From contig JANYAG010000341.1 in assembly GCA_025361465.1 (NCBI GenBank), forward strand, positions 1 to 44,420: a stretch of 44,420 nt of DNA. The letters run 5' to 3'. This stretch comes from Gemmatimonadota bacterium. GTDB taxonomy: Bacteria; Gemmatimonadota; Gemmatimonadetes; Gemmatimonadales; GWC2-71-9. The position numbers were made by a program, and so were the translations under genes. Shown here one piece after another: positions 15,885-22,644 of the stretch (the first letter of the stretch is position 1; every line of letters starts with the position of its first letter). The notes beneath the pieces are model-generated. The model searched no databases. It worked only from the letters and a program-made list of their open reading frames with translations, and had not been told where the DNA came from.

Positions 15885-16787
15885 ATGAGCGAGTCACGGG
15901 GGGTCCATTACGGCGAGTGCGATGCCGTGGACCTGTGCGGCCTGTTGGATGGGGTGAAACGTCACCCGGTCAACGCCCAAATAGGGATCGCTAGGGGCGA
16001 CAATATGCCAGGCGGGCCGAAATGGTACGGCGGCATCACGAGCACGTCGCAGGTCGCTGACCTGTTTCAAGAGGGATGGGCTGAGGGGGCGGCCAAGGTC
16101 CAGCGGTTGTCGGAACAGGTGCAAGCGCCGACACAGACAGCCACCGTCGTCCGTCGCCGCAGCGTCTACAGTGACCAAGGTGACGAACTGGACGGATGGC
16201 GGGCGATGGCAGGTGACTGGGATGTGGCATGGCAGCGCCAGAGCGCACAAGAGCGCATCGGCCCGCGTGTCGTGAGTATCGCCGGGACGTGGGGCGGAAG
16301 CTATAATCGGTCGGCTGACGAGCTGTTCTGGCAGGGGGCGCAAATGATTGTCGCTGCCGACCTACTGGAACAGGCCGGATATGCGGTGGAGGTGGTGGCG
16401 CTCCTGTCTACCTCGATCTACGCGACTCACTTCAAAATCAAGGCCGGGAACGGGAAGATGATTAATCCATCCGCGAAATCGCTTTGGCGCATCACGGTCA
16501 AGCGCAGTGACGAACCGCTCCGGCCGGACCAAGTGGCTGCGATTTTCTGTCACGCTGGGACGTTCCGCACGGCGGGTTTTGAGGCTGTCTGTACCGCCCC
16601 ATTCGATGTTGGGCATGGCCTCGGGGCGCACGCGACCGCTGAGGCGTGCTACGCACAAGCCAAGGGGGATAAGGTCATCCCGGCGGCACCTGACTTCATC
16701 TTGCCGGATGCCTACACCCCACAGCAAGCGGCGGCCAATATCGCCGGGTTAATCGCCAAGCTTGAAGCGGCAGCGGGGGCAGCATGA
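15885..16787 (+). CDS. hypothetical protein, partner of the AAA+ ATPase (300 aa; an alternative GTG start at 15870)
   Basis: Intact ORF immediately downstream of the ATPase. I recognise no domain in it. Confidence 0.55.
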   Translation: MSESRGVHYGECDAVDLCGLLDGVKRHPVNAQIGIARGDNMPGGPKWYGGITSTSQVADLFQEGWAEGAAKVQRLSEQVQAPTQTATVVRRRSVYSDQGDELDGWRAMAGDWDVAWQRQSAQERIGPRVVSIAGTWGGSYNRSADELFWQGAQMIVAADLLEQAGYAVEVVALLSTSIYATHFKIKAGNGKMINPSAKSLWRITVKRSDEPLRPDQVAAIFCHAGTFRTAGFEAVCTAPFDVGHGLGAHATAEACYAQAKGDKVIPAAPDFILPDAYTPQQAAANIAGLIAKLEAAAGAA

Positions 16788-16903
16788 ACCCCCGCGCTGC
16801 GAAGTTTCAAGAGGCCGTCAACGCGGCGGCCTCACTCCTTGGGTGGCTCTTGTTCTTCTACGGGGTCGCCGTCCTCGCCTTCATCCTGACACGGTGGACA
16901 TGA
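16784..16903 (+). CDS. 39-aa single-TM mini-protein (not in the ORF track)
   Basis: ATGA overlaps at both ends (16784-16787 and 16900-16903). It encodes MNPRAAKFQEAVNAAASLLGWLLFFYGVAVLAFILTRWT. Confidence 0.45.
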   Translation: MNPRAAKFQEAVNAAASLLGWLLFFYGVAVLAFILTRWT

Positions 16904-17094
16904 TAACACGTCAACGACTCGCCCGCTTGCGACGGTGCCTTAAGGCGTCGTCGGCCCTGACGCGACAGATCGACGACCTCATCCACGACCTCCGGCACCG
17001 CCGGGTACTGCCAGAGGGGGCAGCCGACGCCCGACAGGCGGCACTGGAAGCGTACACCCTGACATGCGAACTGGCCGCACTGGGGCAGGATTGA
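16900..17094 (+). CDS. hypothetical helical protein (64 aa)
   Basis: ATG 16900 lies in an ATGA overlap. The track start at 16762 would overlap the previous genes. Confidence 0.5.
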   Translation: MITRQRLARLRRCLKASSALTRQIDDLIHDLRHRRVLPEGAADARQAALEAYTLTCELAALGQD

Positions 17095-17110
17095 CCTTTC
17101 CCAGGAGCAC

Positions 17111-17171
17111 GCCGGACGGGATTTGCAGTGACCGGGAAGGGCTTGCTGGGGGTTCGACTCCCTCACCCGGC
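17111..17171 (+). ncRNA. tRNA-like minihelix E4
   Basis: T arm ggggg-TTCGACT-ccctc with one G-T pair, enclosed by ccggg/cccgg (17132-17170) or by gccgg/ccggc (17111-17171). It contains TTTGCAGTGA at 17122-17131. Confidence 0.5.
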
Positions 17172-17222
17172 ATAGTCTCACCGCTGGACCCGACACACAC
17201 CACACCCACCAGAGAGGTTACC

Positions 17223-17612
17223 ATGTTTTCCACTGTCCAGATCGACGTTGACCGCGACACCAAGTCCATGAACGTCACTTATACCCGACACACGGGCACC
17301 CCGACCCTCGCCACGATGCAGGCCGCTGTTGGCGGCTCCATCGAGCGCGGGTTCGAGTTGGCGTCCCCGACCCGGCCGGGTATCACGCTCGACTACTGGG
17401 TGAACGAGGACGGGCTGGCTGTCACAGATAGTCCCGTGATGCGCTACCGTAGCCCTGACCTCGACGCCGGGTATGGGGTGGGCGTAATCACACTGGCAGG
17501 AAATGGCATCTATTCCGCCAGTAACGAGGACGGCGAGACAGTGGCGATGAGGGCCGACGAGATCAAGTACGTCTACAAGATCAAGATGTATCTGGCGGGT
17601 TTCACGCACTGA
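17223..17612 (+). CDS. DUF3846-like protein (129 aa)
   Basis: ATG 17223 follows a CA tract and AGAGAGG. The pattern ...LATMQAAVGGSIE...WVNEDGL...ITLAGNG...NEDGETV... resembles that phage domain family. Confidence 0.5.
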   Translation: MFSTVQIDVDRDTKSMNVTYTRHTGTPTLATMQAAVGGSIERGFELASPTRPGITLDYWVNEDGLAVTDSPVMRYRSPDLDAGYGVGVITLAGNGIYSASNEDGETVAMRADEIKYVYKIKMYLAGFTH

Positions 17613-17617
17613 CCGTC

Positions 17618-17656
17618 TGCCCCTTGGAAGTTGCCGGTTCGACTCCGGCAGGGGCA
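17618..17656 (+). ncRNA. tRNA-like minihelix E5 (the cleanest example)
   Basis: tgcccc-ttggaagt-tgccgg-TTCGACT-ccggca-ggggca. It begins 5 nt after the TGA and is followed by a 30-nt CA tract (17661-17690). Confidence 0.6.
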
Positions 17657-17703
17657 CTGTACCACACACCACACACTCACCCACACCACAGGACTCACTG
17701 CAA

Positions 17704-18066
17704 ATGCGATCACAGCGACCACCAGAGGAACCGCCCGAGGACTACGACCCGACCCTTGCCTATGGGCAGTGTACGGTCAACCTGTACCGCAAGCGGGAAC
17801 TAGAACTGTTTGAGGAACGCAAAGCGGCTCGCGCCGTCAAGCTGCCGCCCAGTGGCTCCCACGTTGCCGACCTGTCCGTGCGGGCTGGGGGACGGTACGT
17901 CCTGCTCACCGCGATAACGGAACGGGCATGGAACTGGATGCAGAACAACCTCGACCCCGAAGTGCAGGTCAACGGTGAGGAGCGCGGCATCTACATCGAG
18001 CGGCGCCACCTTGGGCCGCTCCTGTTTTTTGCAGACAAGTTCGCCCTGAATGTCGTCCCAGTATGA
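17704..18066 (+). CDS. hypothetical protein (120 aa)
   Basis: Intact ORF with an ATG start. Confidence 0.6.
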   Translation: MRSQRPPEEPPEDYDPTLAYGQCTVNLYRKRELELFEERKAARAVKLPPSGSHVADLSVRAGGRYVLLTAITERAWNWMQNNLDPEVQVNGEERGIYIERRHLGPLLFFADKFALNVVPV

Positions 18067-18239
18067 CCGTCTCCACTGCGGTAGCACTCATGCTGGTGGG
18101 GACGGTGGTGCTCCACTGGCTGCACCACGAAACCATCCGCGCCAAGGCGCTGATGAGGATGCGGGAAGCCGTTGAACGGAAAGCGTATCTGGCCCGACTC
18201 GCACGACACACGCCACACCGACCGGAGGGCAGCCAATGA
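18063..18239 (+). CDS. 58-aa single-TM mini-protein (not in the ORF track)
   Basis: ATGA overlaps at both ends. It encodes MTVSTAVALMLVGTVVLHWL... followed by a basic tail. Confidence 0.45.
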   Translation: MTVSTAVALMLVGTVVLHWLHHETIRAKALMRMREAVERKAYLARLARHTPHRPEGSQ

Positions 18240-18424
18240 CCGACCTTGCCAAGAAACCGCTCACCGCGCAGCAGCTCCGGCGATGGCGCACCGCCAAGGG
18301 GATAACCCAGGCCGCCGCCGCTGAGTGGTGGGGCTGTACCGAAGTAAGCTGGTGGCGCTGGGAGGCGGAAGCCGTACCCGTGCCGCTGACACTCACCAAG
18401 GTGATCCTTCGGGAAACAGAGTGA
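18236..18424 (+). CDS. small XRE/Cro-like helix-turn-helix protein (62 aa)
   Basis: LTAQQLRRWRTAKGITQAAAAEWWGCTEVSWWRWE matches the HTH_XRE pattern. Confidence 0.6.
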   Translation: MTDLAKKPLTAQQLRRWRTAKGITQAAAAEWWGCTEVSWWRWEAEAVPVPLTLTKVILRETE

Positions 18425-18433
18425 CGCACAACA

Positions 18434-18477
18434 GAAAGCCCCTCGCGCTTGGACAGGCGGGGGGCTTTCGTGTTTGT
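18434..18477. terminator. hairpin terminator between convergent operons
   Basis: 9-bp stem GAAAGCCCC / GGGGCTTTC followed by GTGTTTGT. It lies between the + gene ending at 18424 and the minus gene ending at 18487. Confidence 0.6.
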
Positions 18478-18486
18478 AGTGGGCGG

Positions 18487-18861
18487 CTACTCGTAGGCTG
18501 CCCGATCCTCCAGGAGTCGCAGGTACACCCATAGCGGCATCACCGCCAGATCGCTGCGGCGTCTGCCCGGTGCGGCGTTCCGGCGAATCAGGGCGACAGG
18601 AAGCTCACACCCACCGGCGACCATTTCGGCTTGCCGCACCGCGTCGTAGATGGGCGGGTTGGCGCCGACCTTGCACTGGTACTGGAACCTGCCCGTCGCC
18701 CCGCTGTCGATGTCGCCGCTGTTGCCTTCCCGTGTTTCGATCAGCACGCGCTTGTGCTCGATGCCGGTGGCGTCGGTCAGCATCTTGCAGCAATCCCGCT
18801 CGAACTGGTGCCCCTTGGCACGCGACAGGCGGCCGACCTGTTGTGGGGTGCGCTTCTTCAC
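18487..18861 (-). CDS. PD-(D/E)xK nuclease, Holliday-junction-resolvase-like (124 aa from GTG 18861)
   Basis: GHQFER...GDID...QCK motif order. GTG follows AAGGGGGG. The longer track ORF overlaps the upstream gene and is Arg-rich. Confidence 0.5.
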   Translation of the reverse strand: MKKRTPQQVGRLSRAKGHQFERDCCKMLTDATGIEHKRVLIETREGNSGDIDSGATGRFQYQCKVGANPPIYDAVRQAEMVAGGCELPVALIRRNAAPGRRRSDLAVMPLWVYLRLLEDRAAYE

Positions 18862-18973
18862 TTGCCCCCCTTGGCCGCAGGCTTCGCGGCCAAAGGGTTC
18901 AGGCACAGTGGACAGCAGCCCTTGTCGGCGTGCATACACTCCCGCCCCGGCGTCTGGTAGATCACTGGCTTGC

Positions 18974-19369
18974 TCACTGGAGGCGACCCGCTTCGAGGTC
19001 GAGGATGACGGCCGCGTTCGCCAAGTTCCAGTTACAGCAGGCGCCACGGGCAGAGGTCCAGTCTGACGGCGCCGCCGCGTACTTCCCGCCGGTACGGGAC
19101 GCAAAGTAGCGGTACTCGACCGAGTAGCCACTCAGCATACTCGGGTTTGGGACGCGCCGGAACTCGATCCCGTCCAGACCGCGATGGATGGTGGCCGGGT
19201 CCGGGTACATCGTGATCGCCCGGTCCTTGATCTCGCAGTGTGTGGCGTAGCTGACGGTCCCGCCCGTGCAGCTTGCTAGGGCGTACGCGCCATCAACGAA
19301 CGCCTCGCGCTGGGCGTCGGTCGTGGGGTCTTTGAGGATGATCGTGTCGCGCATCGTGTTCATGTTCAT
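18974..19369 (-). CDS. hypothetical protein (131 aa)
   Basis: ATG 19369 lies in an ATGA overlap and is preceded by a CA tract and GGAG. Confidence 0.55.
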   Translation of the reverse strand: MNMNTMRDTIILKDPTTDAQREAFVDGAYALASCTGGTVSYATHCEIKDRAITMYPDPATIHRGLDGIEFRRVPNPSMLSGYSVEYRYFASRTGGKYAAAPSDWTSARGACCNWNLANAAVILDLEAGRLQ

Positions 19370-20391
19370 GCTCCGGTGTATGGTGTGTGTGTGGTGGAAC
19401 CAGTGAGTCGAAACGCGAACTCGTCGCGGGCCACCGCACTGTTAAACAGGCGGCCCTTGTGGACATACAGTGGAACGGTTCGGTCGCGGGCATCGCCATC
19501 CAGCCGCAACTTGCCAACGCGCACAGCCATCGTGCCCTGCTCTGCCACCGCACTGATGGGCAGTTGCCCTTGCCGGACCATGCGGCAGTCGCCGTCGCTG
19601 GCTCCCGGCTTGAGTGATCGGTGCAGGAGAAGTACGCTGTCGGCTTCGGCCTCGGCGGCCCCGGCCTGCTTGATGCTCGACAGGGCGGGCGGCATATAGT
19701 CCTCCAGCACATCGCTTGACGATAGGCGCTTGAGCTGCGCGGTGGCGATCAGCCGGATGTTGCGCTCCTTGGCGATGCTCTTGAGCTGCACCATGCCCTC
19801 ATTCATGTTGCCGGTCAGGTCACTGGGGCTGCCGCCGTAGTCCATGCGGTGCAGGTGGTCCAGTACCACGACCCCGACACCCCGACCCGCCGCCCGATCC
19901 ATCCAGTAGCGCAGGCGATTGACCGACAAGCGCTCGTCCTCTGCAAACGTGACCAGTTCGCGCACCCGCTCGTCCCGCTGCCACTCCAAGTGCTGCCTGA
20001 GTTGGACCTGGGCATCGTTGGGCAGCAAGTACCACTGCTTGCGGAGGATCGGCGCGAGGTCCAGGCCGCACGCCCACGCCGCCCACTGCACCCGCAGTCG
20101 TTCCGGGTTGGTTTCCATCCCGACAAACAGGGTGGGTCGCCGGGTGTCAATCAGGTGTTGCAGGAGGTTCATGACGAACGTCGTCTTGCCGCCACTCGGG
20201 CGGGCGCCGATGATCCAGAACTCGCCAGCCAGCGGTCCGAACGTCAGCTCTTGCAGACCTCGCCACGGGAACGATACCTCGGCACTGTAGTCTCCTTCGA
20301 GCAGGCCCATCGCCCCGGCGATTTGCGTGTCCTCCATCACGGCCAGTTGGGACAGGGCGTAGTCCTGACGCTCGATCTCGTCGAGCGCCAT
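19366..20391 (-). CDS. DnaB-like replicative helicase (RecA-type C-terminal domain)
   Basis: Walker A GARPSGGKTT, Walker B VVVLDHLH, and ...IRLIATAQLKR. ATG 20391 lies directly after TAAGCAGTGAC. Confidence 0.8.
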   Translation of the reverse strand: MALDEIERQDYALSQLAVMEDTQIAGAMGLLEGDYSAEVSFPWRGLQELTFGPLAGEFWIIGARPSGGKTTFVMNLLQHLIDTRRPTLFVGMETNPERLRVQWAAWACGLDLAPILRKQWYLLPNDAQVQLRQHLEWQRDERVRELVTFAEDERLSVNRLRYWMDRAAGRGVGVVVLDHLHRMDYGGSPSDLTGNMNEGMVQLKSIAKERNIRLIATAQLKRLSSSDVLEDYMPPALSSIKQAGAAEAEADSVLLLHRSLKPGASDGDCRMVRQGQLPISAVAEQGTMAVRVGKLRLDGDARDRTVPLYVHKGRLFNSAVARDEFAFRLTGSTTHTPYTGA

Positions 20392-20417
20392 GTCACTGCT
20401 TATTGCGAGCGCCGTGC

Positions 20418-20729
20418 CTACCACTGGACGGGACCAGACATGGCGATCCAGTAGCCGACCTTCCGGGCGAAGCTCTTGGGCGTGATGAATCGCACGTCGT
20501 TCTCCAATCGGGCAGCGTTCTTGATGTACCACATCCATGCACGTTCGACCAGTTCGACGCCGTGCCGCTCGACCATCGTGTGCAGGTCGCGGTACATGAC
20601 GATGGGGTTGAAGTCGTACCCGGCTGCGTAAGCTGCGTCACTCAACCTGCCTTGCCAGTTGGCCCCCACGGGAGTTTCCCCGTGGGTCAGAGTGTCTATC
20701 ACCTCAAAATGGCAAGGCATCCTCTGCAT
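20418..20729 (-). CDS. hypothetical protein (103 aa)
   Basis: Intact ORF between the SSB-like and helicase genes. The exact start is uncertain (20729 or 20720). Confidence 0.5.
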   Translation of the reverse strand: MQRMPCHFEVIDTLTHGETPVGANWQGRLSDAAYAAGYDFNPIVMYRDLHTMVERHGVELVERAWMWYIKNAARLENDVRFITPKSFARKVGYWIAMSGPVQW

Positions 20730-21243
20730 CGAGCGCAGAGGGCGGATCGTTCAGTGAACCGGCGGGCTTGTCTGCCTTCCGTCCGGCGTCGGCAAAGCTC
20801 GGCCCGGCCGGGGCTTCCTCCTTCCGCTTGAGGATCGGGATACTGGCGGGCTTGGGAATCTTCCGCCACTTCGGGAACGCCTCGGTCAACTCGGGCGGCA
20901 GCTTGTCGCCCCCGAACAGGACGACCTCGAACCGTTTGGACAGCTTGCCGGACTTCTTCTGCGGCACCCAGCCCGCGAACTTGACGATGATAAGCTCGCC
21001 CACTGCGGCCGCCTTGATGTCAGGCGAGTAGCCCCAGTTCGAGTACAGGCGGCACTTGCTCCCGTCCGACTGGGTGATGTGGTACATCGGGCCGCCGAAC
21101 TGATCCTCGCTCACGCGAGTCAGCAGGCCGCGCACTTCCAGCACTTCGCCGTCGCCGTCCCCGATCTTACGGAAAGGGGAGTTGTCCGTCTGACTCTCCC
21201 ATTCGTCGTCGGTGGCCCACGGGTCGCTCTTTGCTGTGGTCAT
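20704..21243 (-). CDS. ssb: single-stranded-DNA-binding-like protein
   Basis: 179 aa. A flexible Pro/Lys-rich linker ends in an acidic tip, ...LDAEDALPF, like the SSB C-terminal D-D-D-I-P-F tail. The gene sits in the replication module. Confidence 0.55.
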   Translation of the reverse strand: MTTAKSDPWATDDEWESQTDNSPFRKIGDGDGEVLEVRGLLTRVSEDQFGGPMYHITQSDGSKCRLYSNWGYSPDIKAAAVGELIIVKFAGWVPQKKSGKLSKRFEVVLFGGDKLPPELTEAFPKWRKIPKPASIPILKRKEEAPAGPSFADAGRKADKPAGSLNDPPSALDAEDALPF

Positions 21244-21536
21244 GCCTTCTCCTGGTGTGTGTGTGCTGCATACTTGGCGTTCACTGCTAACCGCACGGTG
21301 GCACCCACCGGGTCATCGCGGCGCAAGATCACAACTTGGTGTCCACCGTCCTTGGCAAGCGACTGGATGGTGTTGATGATCGTGCCGCGTGAAACCTGGG
21401 GGTGCGCTTTGCAGAGCTTCGCCAGCGAGTGCGTCTTGCCATCAGCCAGTTCGGCGAACAGGCGCATCCGGAGTCGCGGCAGCGTCAGGGCGTGTGCGGC
21501 GACTGGGGTGACGGGTTGGCCGAACAGGTCTTTCAC
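21240..21536 (-). CDS. winged-helix-like DNA-binding protein (98 aa)
   Basis: GTG 21536 lies in a GTGA overlap. ...HSLAKLCKAHPQVSRGTIINTIQSLAKDG... looks like an HTH plus wing. Confidence 0.45.
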   Translation of the reverse strand: MKDLFGQPVTPVAAHALTLPRLRMRLFAELADGKTHSLAKLCKAHPQVSRGTIINTIQSLAKDGGHQVVILRRDDPVGATVRLAVNAKYAAHTHQEKA

Positions 21537-21914
21537 TCAGCGTCCTCCACGTTTACGGGTAAGGGGCTTGGCTTTGGCGGGACGGGCAGGCCGAACCGCT
21601 GGAGCAGGGACAGGAGCGCCGTCTTGAGCTGCGGTGAGGGGTTGGACTGATCCAGTGCCGCAAGGACCACTCGATCCGCGCTCGCGGCCCAGCCGTGGGG
21701 GCGTGACATCAACAACCTTCCCGGTAGAGGAATAGCCCGTCGCCGCGAGGTCGGCGGGCGTGACGTGACGGGGAGACAGCAGTCCGGCCGCGAACTGAAC
21801 GGCATCGGCAGCAGTGCGGGCCTTGGACCCTGGCAGGGTGACGAGTACCCATCGCTCGCGCTTGTTACGGCTCCGCACAACCCACGATGCGACAGTCAGC
21901 GGCCGGGGTGCCAT
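21533..21914 (-). CDS. hypothetical protein with an apparent +1 frame break at a C5 run
   Basis: The N-terminal frame from ATG 21914 has high GC3 down to about 21700. The C-terminal frame, which stops at 21533 in a GTGA overlap with the next gene, has high GC3 from about 21709. The switch coincides with GGGGG at 21697-21701. Confidence 0.4.
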
Positions 21915-21915
21915 C

Positions 21916-22293
21916 TCAGACCCCGATGGCGTCGATGGGGTCAGTGCTGGCGATCTTCTCGCCGGTCACTGAGTCGAGCAGGTCGCCACCCGTGACCATC
22001 AGGCCGCGTGTCATCATGGCGTACCGGGCGACGAAGTGGGACATCTCCTCGACGGCGATCATCGTGGAGATGATGTTCGCCATCAGGGCAGCCAGTTCCT
22101 CGTCGCTGTACCAATCGAGCAGGTCGTCCACGCCATCGCCGCCGCAGTCCCTGTTCGCATCGGCCGCGTCCTCGAAGAAGTCGAAGGTAACGTTCATCGC
22201 CTGCGTGACCGTGGGGGCTGACTTGGCCGACAGGTGTTCCTCGGCGGCCGGTTCCGGGGCGGATACTCCCTGCGCTTCCATCGTTCCGTTCAT
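21916..22293 (-). CDS. strongly acidic small protein (125 aa), first gene of the leftward transcript
   Basis: ATG 22293 follows a CA-rich tract. I count 23 Asp+Glu against 5 Lys+Arg (FDFFEDAADANRDCGGDGVDDLLDWYSDEE). Confidence 0.55.
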   Translation of the reverse strand: MNGTMEAQGVSAPEPAAEEHLSAKSAPTVTQAMNVTFDFFEDAADANRDCGGDGVDDLLDWYSDEELAALMANIISTMIAVEEMSHFVARYAMMTRGLMVTGGDLLDSVTGEKIASTDPIDAIGV

Positions 22294-22355
22294 GTGTTGT
22301 CCTTGGTGAGTGGTGTGCGTGTGGTCAACGGTCGAACTTTTCATCCCAGTGGATT

Positions 22356-22391
22356 GAGAGGCGACATGAGAGGCGACATGAGAGGCGACAT
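22356..22391. repeat. 3 x 12-nt perfect tandem repeat GAGAGGCGACAT
   Basis: Read directly. It lies between the 22441-22469 promoter and the ATG at 22293. Confidence 0.95.
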
Positions 22392-22440
22392 GGAAACCGA
22401 ATCCGAGGCCGCTTACTACCGTGTGTTATTGACTAGAGTG

Positions 22441-22469
22441 AACGTAGTGACGGCAAAGGCAGATGTCAA
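22441..22469 (-). promoter_or_regulatory. sigma70-like promoter, TTGACA-N17-TACGTT, firing leftward
   Basis: On the minus strand the -35 TTGACA is at 22469-22464 and the -10 TACGTT at 22446-22441. Confidence 0.5.
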
Positions 22470-22602
22470 GCACGCTGGCAAGATGCTGACGGTAGTGGAG
22501 TTGTGTCCACTGTAAACGAAATGGCTGGCGCAGAACTCATAATGTAGCGGGTTTTCTGGCAAACCTAGTAGTGGTGCGGGTTGTAGGGCGTTGACTCTAC
22601 CC

Positions 22603-22640
22603 GAGCGACATGAGAGGCGACACGGAAACACAGCGACAGG
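22603..22640. repeat. second GGCGACA repeat cluster (GAGCGACAT-GAGAGGCGACAC-GGAAACA-CAGCGACAGG)
   Basis: It shares AGGCGACA(T/C)GGAAAC with the end of the first cluster and ends 4 nt before the tRNA. Confidence 0.7.
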
Positions 22641-22644
22641 GCAG

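Noticed and set aside
22356-22391. A CRISPR-like or minisatellite array.
   Set aside because: There are only three directly abutting 12-nt units with no spacers and no cas genes. The arrangement behaves like an operator/iteron or leader repeat instead.
22234-22515. A + strand ORF encoding ...RGDMRGDMRGDM....
   Set aside because: The peptide repeat is just the translation of the 12-nt DNA repeat. The ORF spans a promoter region and has no SD, so it is not a credible gene.
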